64,000 nt of DNA. Origin: Bacteroidia bacterium. GTDB lineage: Bacteria; Bacteroidota; Bacteroidia; Chitinophagales; Chitinophagaceae. Below are positions 42,906-53,238 of the stretch, piece by piece (the first letter of the stretch is position 1; each line of letters opens with the position of its first letter). The notes below the pieces were generated by a model. That model was given only the letters and a program-made list of their open reading frames with translations, was not told the origin of the DNA and ran no database searches. The DNA lies in the NCBI GenBank assembly GCA_030429205.1, contig JAUICZ010000001.1:422806-486805 (forward strand). The letters are read 5' to 3'. A program made the position numbers and the translations under genes.

Positions 42906-43574
42906 ATGAACAAGAAAACATTACTTTTTTCTGTAATAGCTGCAACAATGCTATTTGCTTCATGTGCAGATGCTCCTGAAGCTGACAAGGCTGAAACTAC
43001 GGAGGCTCAAGAAGTTAAAACCAAATCTGGCAACACACATTATGCAGATCTTGGATTAAGCAAAGTAGAGTGGATAGGTACTAAACCCGTAGGACAACAC
43101 CATGGTACATTTGAAATTTCTGAAGGAAGCCTTTCAGTACAGTCTGGTACTATACAAGGTGGTAGCTTCGTTATTGACATTGCCAGTATATCTCCTGACG
43201 ATCAAAACGACGAGTATAACGGTAAACTAGAAGGACATCTTAAAAGTGCTGACTTTTTTGATACAGAAAAATATCCTACCGCACGTTTTGAGATCACGAA
43301 TGTAACAGATGGTGTTATAGCATCTGAAGATCTGATCATGAAAGATGCAACACATACAGTTACCGGTAACTTAACAATGAAAGACGTAACTAAAAGCATC
43401 ACCTTCCCTGCAAAAGTGAATATCGCTGAAGGGACTGTAACTGCTGATGCTAATTTCAATATCGACCGCACCAATTGGGGTTTAGTATATGGTAATGATG
43501 AAAGTTTAGGTGATAAATTCATTCGCCCGACTGTTAATGTACAACTACACCTAGTAGCGAATGAGCAGATGTAA
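42906..43574 (+). CDS. YceI-family periplasmic polyisoprenoid-binding lipoprotein
   Basis: Lipobox LFASC; YceI-like beta-barrel signatures (HYADLGLSKVEWIGTKPVGQHHGTF...); 222 aa. Confidence 0.6.
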   Translation: MNKKTLLFSVIAATMLFASCADAPEADKAETTEAQEVKTKSGNTHYADLGLSKVEWIGTKPVGQHHGTFEISEGSLSVQSGTIQGGSFVIDIASISPDDQNDEYNGKLEGHLKSADFFDTEKYPTARFEITNVTDGVIASEDLIMKDATHTVTGNLTMKDVTKSITFPAKVNIAEGTVTADANFNIDRTNWGLVYGNDESLGDKFIRPTVNVQLHLVANEQM

Positions 43575-43602
43575 GTAAGATATAGTAGTAGTTTTTTAGA
43601 TC

Positions 43603-43633
43603 AAGCCCCTGCATATGCGGGGGCTTTCTTTAT
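43603..43633 (+). terminator. rho-independent terminator after the YceI gene
   Basis: Stem AAGCCCCTGCAT/ATGCGGGGGCTT followed by TTTCTTTAT. Confidence 0.55.
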
Positions 43634-43892
43634 AAAAATAGAGGCCCTAAAAAGAGCCTCTGTATATAAGGGATAAGAGAGAGATTATAATTTTGGCTAT
43701 GTAGCTATTATTTCTAGGTACATAACATTGCTCTTTGCAAAAATGTGATAATGATGTATTTACGCATTGACTCAACACTGTCGTTAACGAATGGTTAGCA
43801 AGTCATTAACGAGCTATTAACAAACAAAAAGACTACTACTTAACTGAACTTTATAAACAGGTATTTCAAGAGGGAATCTTTATTGGTTAGTT

Positions 43893-45182
43893 TTGCACTC
43901 GAAAATCATAGAATTAGAGAAAATGGATAAGCTACCTGAAATAGAGTTAGTACACGATTGGTTGATAAACGCTGGCCTTTCTAATACAGCGGCTTTATAC
44001 TTAAACATGGCCACATTACTATTAATAGGTATCGTTATAGCCTATATAGTAGAAATATTCACTAAGAAAGTGCTGCTGAACGTATTTCATAAGTTTGCAG
44101 AAAGAACTGCAACTAAATTCGACGACTTTCTTATTGCCAATAAAGCTATTACTAACCTATCGTATATTGTACCCTATACTGTATTCAGCATACTTATACC
44201 ATACATTTTTATTGATTTTCCAAATTGGCTGCCTAGGATAAGAGTAGCAATCGATTTATTACTGGTAATACTGGTTCTTCGTACTGTACGCTCCTTTTTA
44301 TTTGCGCTGCGAGATTACCTGAAGACTACCGATAACTTTAAAGACAAACCTGTTGAAAGCTTTATACAGCTAATCATGATATTTATGTATATCACAGCCG
44401 GTTTAATTATGTTCTCTTTGCTGACAGGTAAATCTGTTTTAGCATTTTTAACGGCTATGGGTGCGGCATCTGCTGTACTGTTGCTTGTGTTTAGAGATAC
44501 AATATTAGGGTTTGTTGCCAGCATTCAGGTATCTATTAATGATATGGTACGCATAGGCGACTGGATATCTATGGAAAAATATGGTGCCGACGGGGATGTT
44601 ATAGAAATCAACCTGGCAACAGTAAAGGTCCAAAACTGGGACAAGACCATTACTACCATACCTACTTATTACCTAATATCAGACTCATTTAAAAACTGGA
44701 GGGGGATGCAGGTTGCGGGAGGAAGAAGAATTAAACGAGCATTACACATAAAGATATCAAGCATCAAGCATTTGTCTGAAGATGAAGTAACTCAGTTAAA
44801 AAAAATACAGCTTGTTGCAGCATATCTGGATAAAAGGTCCGAAGAAATAAATGAATACAATACCAGTAAAAAAGTAGACAAAGAGTTGTTGATCAATGGT
44901 AGGCACCTCACAAATATTGGTGTTTTCAGGGAGTATATTGATGCATTTATTAAAAACCACCCTGATATACATAAAGATATGACGATGATGGTACGTCAGC
45001 TTGAGCCTACAACTACCGGCATGGCTATTGAGCTTTATGCTTTTTCCAACAAAACAGATTGGGTAGTTTATGAAAACATCATGTCAGATATTTTTGATCA
45101 CCTACTTGCATCTGTAAAATTCTTCTGGTTAGAAACATATGAGATGCCGGCTTCTGACGATATTAGATACCTAAAGAACTAA
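43893..45182 (+). CDS. mechanosensitive ion channel, MscS family
   Basis: 429 aa; N-terminal TM helices, then the conserved MscS pore-helix/beta-domain region (ILGFVASIQVSINDMVRIGDWISME...GDVIEINLATVKVQNWDKTITTIPT). Confidence 0.8.
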   Translation: MHSKIIELEKMDKLPEIELVHDWLINAGLSNTAALYLNMATLLLIGIVIAYIVEIFTKKVLLNVFHKFAERTATKFDDFLIANKAITNLSYIVPYTVFSILIPYIFIDFPNWLPRIRVAIDLLLVILVLRTVRSFLFALRDYLKTTDNFKDKPVESFIQLIMIFMYITAGLIMFSLLTGKSVLAFLTAMGAASAVLLLVFRDTILGFVASIQVSINDMVRIGDWISMEKYGADGDVIEINLATVKVQNWDKTITTIPTYYLISDSFKNWRGMQVAGGRRIKRALHIKISSIKHLSEDEVTQLKKIQLVAAYLDKRSEEINEYNTSKKVDKELLINGRHLTNIGVFREYIDAFIKNHPDIHKDMTMMVRQLEPTTTGMAIELYAFSNKTDWVVYENIMSDIFDHLLASVKFFWLETYEMPASDDIRYLKN

Positions 45183-45202
45183 AAAACAGAATATATAAAA
45201 AC

Positions 45203-45232
45203 AAAAAAGGAGCCTTATGGGGCTCCTTTTTA
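45203..45232. terminator. bidirectional rho-independent terminator (MscS gene + / secreted-protein copy 1 -)
   Basis: AAAAAAGGAGCC-TTAT-GGGGCTCCTTTTT: a perfect GC-rich stem flanked by an A-run and a T-run. Confidence 0.8.
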
Positions 45233-45256
45233 ATATTACAACGAGAGAGACATTTC

Positions 45257-45817
45257 TTATTGTTGGGTAGCTGTGTATACTACGTCTACTGCATATGTTC
45301 CTGCAGGGTAAGCGAAACCTGGTGTCGCTTTATACTTTACACTGAAGGTTTGGTTACCACCACGTGTACCCGCACTGATCAAATCCTGGCTAGAGCTCTT
45401 CAATGTAGCATAGTTTGTTGCTGAAAAAGGACTAGCGATTGACCCACCTGTTCCGTTGGCTGTTACTTTTACTGCTAATACATTCTCTACAGGCATTGTT
45501 GGTGCAGGTGTTGTATTACCAGTGTATGTGAAGTTAGCCGCGTTTGACTTAACAGCTACTGTAAAGTTTTTATTTGAACGTACTTTCAACTCTTGTGCGC
45601 TTGATTCAACACCGTTTGCATAATCGTTAACTGATGTGAATGGAATGTTTACATCTGCTCCTGTTGCGCTGCTATTACCCGTGAATGTGATCTCGATAGC
45701 GTTGCTCAATACTAAGTTAGTAGTTTGAGAAGCTGAAGATGATTGGTTAGCCTGGTTTTGTGCGTTTGCTGTGAAACCTAGAGTTGCTAATGCTGCGATG
45801 GCGATGATCTTTTTCAT
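45257..45817 (-). CDS. secreted Thr/Ser/Asn-rich beta protein, copy 1 of a tandem duplicate (possible SCPU-like/pilin-like fold)
   Basis: Signal peptide MKKIIAIAALATLGFTANA. The mature part is low in charged residues and ends ...GTYAVDVVYTATQQ, reminiscent of spore-coat-U/Csu-pilin C-termini. That family assignment is tentative. Confidence 0.5.
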   Translation of the reverse strand: MKKIIAIAALATLGFTANAQNQANQSSSASQTTNLVLSNAIEITFTGNSSATGADVNIPFTSVNDYANGVESSAQELKVRSNKNFTVAVKSNAANFTYTGNTTPAPTMPVENVLAVKVTANGTGGSIASPFSATNYATLKSSSQDLISAGTRGGNQTFSVKYKATPGFAYPAGTYAVDVVYTATQQ

Positions 45818-46054
45818 AATTGTTGTTTTTGTTTGTTGTTTGATTTAATTGTTTGTTGTTTTTCTGTTTGTCGTTATTGACAATACAAAGATGCAACCAC
45901 GACCCGCCTCAGGCAAAAAAACAGCCTTTGTTAACCGCGGGTTTGCAACCCGCTAACAACTCATTAACAAGAAGCAAATCATAAGTCATTGATTATAAAC
46001 ACTATAAAATATAGTTTGGTTATGGTCAGTGTAATATCAAGAAATACTAATAAC

Positions 46055-46085
46055 AAAAAAGGAGCCTTACGGGGCTCCTTTTTAA
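46055..46085. terminator. second copy of the same terminator hairpin (part of the duplicated unit)
   Basis: AAAAAAGGAGCC-TTAC-GGGGCTCCTTTTT. Confidence 0.7.
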
Positions 46086-46108
46086 TATTACAACGAGAGA
46101 GACATTTC

Positions 46109-46669
46109 TTATTGTTGGGTAGCTGTGTAAACCACATCTACTGCGTAGGTACCTGCTGGATATGCAAAACCAGGGGTAGCTTTATACTTTACACTGAAGG
46201 TTTGGTTACCACCACGGCTACCGTTACTGATGATATCCTGACTGCTACTCTTTAATGTAGCATAGTTTGTGGCGCTGAATGGACTAGCGATTGACCCACC
46301 TGTTCCGTTGGCTGTTACTTTTACTGCTAATACATTCTCTACAGGCATTGTTGGTGCAGGTGTTGTATTACCAGTGTATGTGAAGTTGGCTGCATTTGAC
46401 TTAACAGCTACTGTAAAGTTTTTATTTGAACGTACTTTCAACTCTTGTGCGCTTGATTCAACACCGTTGGCGTAATCGTTAACTGATGTGAATGGGATGT
46501 TTACATCTGCTCCTGTTGCGCTGCTGTTACCTGTGAATGTGATCTCGATAGCGTTGCTCAATACAAGATTTACTGTTTGAGAAGCTGAAGATGATTGGTT
46601 AGCCTGGTTTTGTGCGTTTGCTGTGAAACCTAGAGTTGCTAATGCTGCGATTGCGATGATCTTTTTCAT
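46109..46669 (-). CDS. secreted Thr/Ser/Asn-rich beta protein, copy 2 of the tandem duplicate
   Basis: Differs from copy 1 at only a handful of residues (e.g. QTVNL vs QTTNL, DIISNGSRGG vs DLISAGTRGG). Start set at MKKIIAIA by alignment with copy 1. Confidence 0.5.
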   Translation of the reverse strand: MKKIIAIAALATLGFTANAQNQANQSSSASQTVNLVLSNAIEITFTGNSSATGADVNIPFTSVNDYANGVESSAQELKVRSNKNFTVAVKSNAANFTYTGNTTPAPTMPVENVLAVKVTANGTGGSIASPFSATNYATLKSSSQDIISNGSRGGNQTFSVKYKATPGFAYPAGTYAVDVVYTATQQ

Positions 46670-46851
46670 AATTGTTTGTTTTTGTTTGTTAAGTTGTTTT
46701 GTTTGTTGTTTGCTTGTTTTGTTGATACAAAGATGCGACCACAAACAAATCCAGGCAAAAAAACAGCAACTGTTAACCCCCGATTTGCAATCGGTTAACA
46801 GCCGATTAACATGAAAAAGATCCTAACTAATTGAAAATGAGCTAACTACAA

Positions 46852-47727
46852 TCAACCTTGTAGCAATGCCTGCCAGGCATCGTCAATTCTTCCTACAGCT
46901 ATTAACGTTTTAGCATAAGCATGCAATGCCGCTGTTTTGGCAGCTGCATCATTGGCGTTACTTTGTAAAATAGAAGCAACATCACTACTTACATCAGCTG
47001 ACACTGTGGGAACTGCCGAAGAGTTACCAAGTATTCCTAAGTCGTTACCAGTAAGCACATTACTATTTCTGATAGACTCAGGTAGGTTATCTACACCTAT
47101 ACCTAGCTCTGTATTGGGTTTAGGCACTTCGAATACTGAGTTTCCGGAAGCACGGCAGTAATAATTGGCCCCCATACGAGCAACGAGGTCTATTTTATGC
47201 GGATCTATTACACCATTAGCATCCAGTACATTGTCATTTAAGTGCATACAAATTACCTCACATACAATCAGGTTACCGGCTCCACCTTCTTGTCCGGTTT
47301 CTATAACCTGCTGTACTCTACATTCTAATTGCGCCGGAGACTCTTTAACTCTGAAAGGGCGTACGTGATCTGATGCGATGGGTGTCAAACCAGCTTTTTC
47401 GAACTCGTTTACCCCTTCAGGGTACTCGCAACTAGCTAGGTTCATCTGTTGTACAATATCATAATTCACAACATTGATCACTACCTCTTTAGTTGCAAGC
47501 ACATTTTCAAGCGTGTGCTTAATGGTATTATTACGTACTCTACGAGCTGGCGAAAAAACCAATATAGGTGGTTTACTACCAAATACATTGAAAAAGCTGA
47601 ACGGAGACAAATTAGGGTTTCCATCTTCGTCAATAGTGCTGGCGAAACATATTGGTCGTGGCGCTATTGCACCCAATAAATAACCATGCAATTGTCCTGT
47701 TTTGATCTCTCCCGGTACGATTTTCAT
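46852..47727 (-). CDS. flavin reductase-like FMN-binding split-barrel protein with C-terminal extension
   Basis: The N-terminal ~190 aa match the flavin-reductase-like domain (LGAIAPRPICFASTIDEDGNPNLSPFSFFN). The ~100-aa C-terminal tail is unassigned. Confidence 0.6.
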   Translation of the reverse strand: MKIVPGEIKTGQLHGYLLGAIAPRPICFASTIDEDGNPNLSPFSFFNVFGSKPPILVFSPARRVRNNTIKHTLENVLATKEVVINVVNYDIVQQMNLASCEYPEGVNEFEKAGLTPIASDHVRPFRVKESPAQLECRVQQVIETGQEGGAGNLIVCEVICMHLNDNVLDANGVIDPHKIDLVARMGANYYCRASGNSVFEVPKPNTELGIGVDNLPESIRNSNVLTGNDLGILGNSSAVPTVSADVSSDVASILQSNANDAAAKTAALHAYAKTLIAVGRIDDAWQALLQG

Positions 47728-47996
47728 ATATCAATGCTTTAAGTAAAAGCAAAATAACTATGAAATACTTTAGAATAAAACCCTTGGTAACGATTAGTGC
47801 AAAAAAATAATCGCAGCGCACTTATGTACGCTACGATTGCCGTTTACCTATGTTTACTCCTATGCTCTTGGAATAGCTTCCCTGAAGAAGCAATATAAAT
47901 GTACATCAGTATAATGCTGTACAAAAACAAAAATTACTGAAACGGGAAATTAAACTGATGAATCGGAATAATATATATGAAGGAGTAAAAAAGTGC

Positions 47997-49418
47997 CTAA
48001 TCTATAGCCTCATACTTCTTAACGTATAGTTCTAAACCAGGCTTATCCTCAGTTACATAAGCTGTTTTCTCACCAAACAGGTTGATGATCTGATCATCTT
48101 TTAGGCGTTGAGAAAGAGTAGCTCTGGCAATATATATTCCAGGTCTTACATTATTGGCAACGAAGGTAGTCATATCATCGTTGAGCTTAGACGCAGGTAT
48201 TATATCTTTACCGTTTACATTATGCAGTGTAACTATCGCTTTGCTAAAACCAAGACGTTGTAGTTGTGTTTTCTCTTCATCAAACAAACCACTGTAGTCC
48301 AACTTCAAATCAATATCCACTTCTCTTATTTCGCTGTTTTGAGGTTGGTCGTTCTTAGTATAATCTTCCTCTTCAGTTATAGGTTCTTCATTTACCGCGG
48401 CATCGGTTGCGTATACCTCTGCAACAGTTGCATTATTTACCGGCGATATGGGCTGTTCGGGTTCTTGAGCTTTACTAACATTTTGGTTTTGTTGTAATGG
48501 TTGCATAGCAGGCCTTTCGATAACAACCTCACGCTCATCATTTGGTTGATTGATGTTCAACATCATATTCTTCAACCTGTCAAACAACTCCATGATTACA
48601 CCTGAGTACAAACCTACCAGAAACGCTATAATGAGTATGCTTTCATTTGCTTCTATATTTAAGGTGGTATTGTTTTTTAAATAACTGTAAGCCAGTACCA
48701 ACAATATAGCAGCAAAAGGTGCATAAAATAGCCTTGCTACCTGATAAATAATATCTCTGTGATTAAAACTGTCTTTCCCTCTTCTTACCTGTTTACCTAC
48801 AGAGAAAAGTAAGCTGCATAATACGCCTACTAATACCCAGAATATCACTTCTGCATATACCATTCTACCTGTCAACCAAAAATACGATTGTACTTTCAGC
48901 TTGTAATCTGCAAGAAAAATACCCAACTCACGTGCATTAAATGTCATGATGTATTCCTCAATGGTAGACATTTGATCTTCATCTAATACTGCACCATACT
49001 GGCTTTTTATATATATAAGTACTTTTTGAGCACGCAGTTTTAAACTCTCTCTTTCAGATAAATTGCTGAAGTTATTATTTACAGGAAATTCAGATAAATA
49101 TGTGTTGGGCTCATCTTCTTCAGGGTAGCTGTCCAGAAAACCATCGTTATTATTAGAAACCTGCTGTTTTTTTACACCAATACTATTTGTGTTAGTTACA
49201 GGCAGATCATAAGCCAGTATACTGTTTACATGTCTTATATCAGCAGTAGTAAACCTTGTATACTCATAACCTTGCTTGCCGCTGTTACCATGAGTAAATA
49301 CATAAACTAAAGTACACAACAATAAAAGCCCTACTAGTAAGGCAAACCAATTTCTAGCCGACCATTGTCTTTTGTTTGTACTATTCGATCTGTACTGTTC
49401 CGATGAACTGTATGTCAT
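47997..49418 (-). CDS. hypothetical membrane protein (N-terminal anchor, central multi-TM block, C-terminal soluble domain)
   Basis: 473 aa; TM segments WFALLVGLLLLCTLVYVF and 3-4 central helices; acidic linker region. No family recognised. Confidence 0.4.
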   Translation of the reverse strand: MTYSSSEQYRSNSTNKRQWSARNWFALLVGLLLLCTLVYVFTHGNSGKQGYEYTRFTTADIRHVNSILAYDLPVTNTNSIGVKKQQVSNNNDGFLDSYPEEDEPNTYLSEFPVNNNFSNLSERESLKLRAQKVLIYIKSQYGAVLDEDQMSTIEEYIMTFNARELGIFLADYKLKVQSYFWLTGRMVYAEVIFWVLVGVLCSLLFSVGKQVRRGKDSFNHRDIIYQVARLFYAPFAAILLVLAYSYLKNNTTLNIEANESILIIAFLVGLYSGVIMELFDRLKNMMLNINQPNDEREVVIERPAMQPLQQNQNVSKAQEPEQPISPVNNATVAEVYATDAAVNEEPITEEEDYTKNDQPQNSEIREVDIDLKLDYSGLFDEEKTQLQRLGFSKAIVTLHNVNGKDIIPASKLNDDMTTFVANNVRPGIYIARATLSQRLKDDQIINLFGEKTAYVTEDKPGLELYVKKYEAID

Positions 49419-49724
49419 GATCTGTTTTTAAGAGATACACTTATTATGTTACCTCTTATTCTCTCTATATGCGCAGACCCGACTTAGCTTGGAAGAACAT
49501 TTTGCTTGTCTCGCTCGTTCTAACACAATCTATAAGGGTGAAATCAAAGTGTGAAGATAGACGTTTACCTGCTTTCCAGCAAACATTACAGCCTATTCTA
49601 ATGTAAATGACATGTTAATGCATATACTGTTTATAACTTGTGTATTTCATAGTATTCTAACATATAGGTAAGATTATCATAACAATAATGTAGGTATCTT
49701 TAGGAAAACTAATATGTTATTGAC

Positions 49725-50198
49725 ATGATATGGAGAACATTTAGTGGAGAGCCTATTAAAGCACCTGTTAAACAAGCTGTAGAAAATGCCATAGTAAGAG
49801 AGACGAAGGCCGGTTATAACCTTAAGGTATGTATCGGCACCGATTCTCAGGTACATGGTAAGGAAACAGAATTCGCTACCGTGATCGTTTTTCTTCGGGA
49901 GAAGCATGGTGGCTTCATGTATATTCAAAATGATAAGACCACCAGAAAGTACAGCATCAAAGAGCGTATGCTAATTGAAGTTGCCAAAAGTATTGAGATA
50001 GCCTACGAACTATGTAACCTATTTGATGAGTATGATGTTGAAATGGAGGTGCATGCTGATATTAATACAAACCCTCAGTTCAAAAGTAACGAAGCTTTAA
50101 AAGAAGCAATGGGCTATATACTGGGAATGGGGTTTGCCTTCAAAGCAAAACCTGAGGCATTTGCCAGCAGCAGCTGTGCAAACAAATGTGTTAACTGA
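49725..50198 (+). CDS. RNase-H-like fold protein of the YkuK/DUF458 type (tentative)
   Basis: 157 aa; CIGTDSQ...E..D pattern resembles RNase H-like DUF458 proteins. Assignment is from memory of the family only. Confidence 0.35.
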   Translation: MIWRTFSGEPIKAPVKQAVENAIVRETKAGYNLKVCIGTDSQVHGKETEFATVIVFLREKHGGFMYIQNDKTTRKYSIKERMLIEVAKSIEIAYELCNLFDEYDVEMEVHADINTNPQFKSNEALKEAMGYILGMGFAFKAKPEAFASSSCANKCVN

Positions 50199-51111
50199 TA
50201 AATACTTGCTTATTTCTGTACGCACCCGGTGTAAGACCTTCGTTCTTTTTAAATAGCTTGATAAAGTTATTTACATCTTCGAAGCCTGTTTGCAAGCCAA
50301 CTTCCTGAATAGTCTGATTAGTATTGGTCAGCAATTGTTTCGAGTACTTCAGCCTTTCCTTTATAATAAACTGTACAGGTGTTATGCCAAACTCCCTCTT
50401 AAAACTTCTAAAAAACTGTGCACGACTCATACAGGCTTTTTTACTTAACTGCTGTATATCCAGCTTATCACTTAAATTATTGCGTATGTAAACAGCTACT
50501 TCATGAAAAGGATCGTTGCCTAATGTTTTGTTAGAAAAACCTTCAAGCTGCTCTAGTTGCTGTAACTGTACTAAGCGGATAATGAGCTCTTTCATAGTCA
50601 GGTCTGCAAGTGCATCTTTTGTAACACTTTGCCCGGTACAAACAGCAACCATTTTATTAATAATCTCTGCTAGTTCCGAGTTGTTTTTCAGGTGCAGTTG
50701 AGAAAAGTTGACGCCCCAAAGTTCTCCTGAAACAGCTTTTGGGTAGAATTCGTTCAGGTATTCAATCGTTTTACTTATGCTTCCTCTATCTAATGTTAGA
50801 GCGATACACTGTGTCGGATTTTTCTGTTTCGCCTCTGGAAAATCTATTAACATACTTGTACCGGCAGGTGCTAATACAGTTTCTCCGGGATAATATTCAA
50901 AACCTTGTGTACCTGGCAAGTGCATTACCTTTTTGCCCCTTACCATACTGGTAATAACTACATCATGAAAAGAGAGTGCAACCTTTTCAGATTTTCTATA
51001 TGTTTCAAATACATTCAGTTCGCAGTTATTCAGGTTATATATCCTCCTGTTCTCTACATCTGTCAGCAGATTTTTTTCCGGCGTTAACTGAATATGTTTT
51101 AAGTAACCCAT
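50191..51111 (-). CDS. AraC-family transcriptional regulator (N-terminal cupin-like sensing domain + C-terminal HTH_AraC)
   Basis: C-terminal dual-HTH AraC signature (LSKKACMSRAQFFRSFKREFGITPVQFIIKERLKYSKQLL...IQEVGLQTGFEDVNNFIKLFKK..G.TP..YR). Confidence 0.8.
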   Translation of the reverse strand: MGYLKHIQLTPEKNLLTDVENRRIYNLNNCELNVFETYRKSEKVALSFHDVVITSMVRGKKVMHLPGTQGFEYYPGETVLAPAGTSMLIDFPEAKQKNPTQCIALTLDRGSISKTIEYLNEFYPKAVSGELWGVNFSQLHLKNNSELAEIINKMVAVCTGQSVTKDALADLTMKELIIRLVQLQQLEQLEGFSNKTLGNDPFHEVAVYIRNNLSDKLDIQQLSKKACMSRAQFFRSFKREFGITPVQFIIKERLKYSKQLLTNTNQTIQEVGLQTGFEDVNNFIKLFKKNEGLTPGAYRNKQVFIS

Positions 51112-51257
51112 TACGATAGAATGTTGCAGTATACAATTTAATATTTTTTATGCTATCATCCATCAAGTTGATACTATAGTAGTATAAAATGAGATTTTTT
51201 ACCTATTGATATAAGTTGTTTAAAAATAGCTTTGGTAGCAACCAAATCATATTAATT

Positions 51258-52802
51258 ATGACTATAGCAACACACGACAAGCCGGTTGCTGAAAAGATCG
51301 GCTCTGTCTATCAATGGCCTTCATTTAAAGAAAAGTACGATAACTATATTGGCGGGCAGTGGGTAGCTCCTGTATCAGGAGAGTATTTTGATAACATATC
51401 TCCTGTAAACGGGCAGGCATTTACGCAAGCAGCGCGCTCTGGTAAAGATGATATCGCCCTTGCATTGGATGCTGCAGAAAAGGCTTTTCCTGCATGGAGT
51501 AAAAGCGCTGCTGCATACCGCAGTAACTTACTACTTAAAATAGCACAGGTTATAGAAGATAATTTAGAGTATCTGGCAGTAGTAGAAACTATCGACAATG
51601 GTAAACCTGTAAGAGAAACATTAGCTGCAGATCTACCACTTGTAGTAGATCATTACAGGTACTTTGCAGGCGTACTGCGTAGTGAGGAAGGTACTATATC
51701 TGAACATGATGAAAATACAGTAAGTATTAACCTGCATGAGCCACTGGGCATTGTTGGTCAGATCATACCTTGGAACTTTCCATTGCTAATGGCTGCGTGG
51801 AAGATAGCTCCTGCACTGGCTGCCGGCTGTTGTACAATTGTAAAACCGGCAGAGCAAACACCAACCAGCATCATGGTATTGATGGAGTTGATAGGAGATA
51901 TATTACCTCCCGGTGTTTTGAATATCGTTTCAGGTTTTGGTCCGGAGGCTGGTAAGCCACTTGCGCAATCAGAAAGAATATCAAAAGTTGCCTTTACAGG
52001 TGAAACAACTACAGGTAGACTGATCATGCAATATGCTTCTGAAAATCTGATACCTGTTACAATGGAGCTTGGAGGAAAATCTCCTAATGTCTTCTTCCCA
52101 TCAGTTGCTCAGGCAGATGACGAATTTTTTGATAAGGCAGTAGAAGGTGCGGTACTCTTCGCTCTTAATCAGGGAGAGGTTTGTACCTGTCCTTCCAGAA
52201 TACTGGTACACGAGAGCATCTACGACATATTTATGAAGAAGGTAGTAGAGCGTACAAAAGCAATTAAAGTAGGTAATCCGCTTGATACAGAAACTATGTT
52301 GGGAGCACAAGCTTCTAACGATCAGTTTGAGAAGATACTTTCTTACATAGACATAGGAAAGCAAGAAGGTGCTGAACTACTAACGGGTGGTAATGCTGCC
52401 AACTTGAATAGTGGTTTAGAGAATGGCTACTATATAGAGCCGACCATCTTTAAGGGTAATAACAAGATGAGAATATTCCAAGAGGAAATATTCGGGCCGG
52501 TAACATCTGTTACCACTTTTAAAACAGCAGAAGAAGCAATAAACATTGCTAATGATACCTTGTATGGGCTGGGTGCCGGTGTATGGAGCAGAGATGCACA
52601 TGAGCTATATCAGGTACCAAGAGCTATACAAGCAGGTCGTGTTTGGGTGAACTGCTACCATGCATATCCTGCACATGCACCATTTGGTGGTTATAAAAAG
52701 TCTGGATTCGGTAGAGAGACACATAAAATGATGTTGAACCACTATCGACAAACAAAGAACATGTTGATATCGTACGACAAAAACAAATTAGGGTTTTTCT
52801 AG
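51258..52802 (+). CDS. NAD(P)+-dependent aldehyde dehydrogenase (AldB-like)
   Basis: The N-terminus [10 protein letters not shown] aligns with E. coli AldB. Catalytic Glu/Cys motifs ([17 protein letters not shown]) and the Rossmann motif GFGPEAG are present. Start set at an internal Met by homology. Confidence 0.85.
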   Translation: MTIATHDKPVAEKIGSVYQWPSFKEKYDNYIGGQWVAPVSGEYFDNISPVNGQAFTQAARSGKDDIALALDAAEKAFPAWSKSAAAYRSNLLLKIAQVIEDNLEYLAVVETIDNGKPVRETLAADLPLVVDHYRYFAGVLRSEEGTISEHDENTVSINLHEPLGIVGQIIPWNFPLLMAAWKIAPALAAGCCTIVKPAEQTPTSIMVLMELIGDILPPGVLNIVSGFGPEAGKPLAQSERISKVAFTGETTTGRLIMQYASENLIPVTMELGGKSPNVFFPSVAQADDEFFDKAVEGAVLFALNQGEVCTCPSRILVHESIYDIFMKKVVERTKAIKVGNPLDTETMLGAQASNDQFEKILSYIDIGKQEGAELLTGGNAANLNSGLENGYYIEPTIFKGNNKMRIFQEEIFGPVTSVTTFKTAEEAINIANDTLYGLGAGVWSRDAHELYQVPRAIQAGRVWVNCYHAYPAHAPFGGYKKSGFGRETHKMMLNHYRQTKNMLISYDKNKLGFF

Positions 52803-52820
52803 GGCGTTAGTTAGGGTTTA

Positions 52821-52850
52821 AAGGGGCTGCGTATGCAGCCTCTTTTATTT
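52821..52850 (+). terminator. rho-independent terminator after the aldehyde dehydrogenase gene
   Basis: GGGGCTGC-GTAT-GCAGCCTC stem followed by TTTTATTTTTT. Confidence 0.6.
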
Positions 52851-52861
52851 TTTAATATTCA

Positions 52862-53233
52862 ATGAGCATGGTAGAAAAAATACTGATAACAGAAGAAGCT
52901 AAAGCATTAATAGATACAATAAGATCTAAGAACGGAGAACTCATGTTTCACCAAAGTGGTGGGTGTTGTGATGGGTCTCAACCAATGTGTTTTGAGAAAG
53001 GAGACTTTAAAGTGGGCGAAAGCGATGTTTTACTAGGCAATGTAAACGGCTGCGAATTTTGGATGGGTAAAGAGCAATACAAATACTGGGAGCATACACA
53101 GCTAACACTAGATGTAACAAAGGGCAGGGGATCCAGCTTTTCTTTAGAAATACCTTATGGCTACCGTTTCATTATTCGATCTAGAATATTTACAGATGAA
53201 GAATTGGAACAACTTAAGGTACAGAAGCAGTAG
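52862..53233 (+). CDS. DUF779-family protein (commonly encoded beside aldehyde dehydrogenases)
   Basis: 123 aa with FHQSGGCCDGS and a conserved Cys/His pattern; genomic pairing with the ALDH gene. Confidence 0.6.
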   Translation: MSMVEKILITEEAKALIDTIRSKNGELMFHQSGGCCDGSQPMCFEKGDFKVGESDVLLGNVNGCEFWMGKEQYKYWEHTQLTLDVTKGRGSSFSLEIPYGYRFIIRSRIFTDEELEQLKVQKQ

Positions 53234-53238
53234 TACTG

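Larger units (their letters stand above)
45206..46812. repeat. tandem direct duplication, ~850-bp unit (terminator + secreted-protein gene + structured leader)
   Basis: Unit 1 spans about 45206-45975 and unit 2 about 46060-46812. The coding parts are nearly identical; the upstream leaders are diverged but keep a compensatory hairpin. Confidence 0.8.

Noticed and set aside
45989-46255. 88-aa plus-strand ORF between the duplicated secreted-protein genes
   Set aside because: It overlaps the terminator and the 3' end of copy 2 on the opposite strand, and its translation has no recognisable features. It is likely noise created by the duplication.
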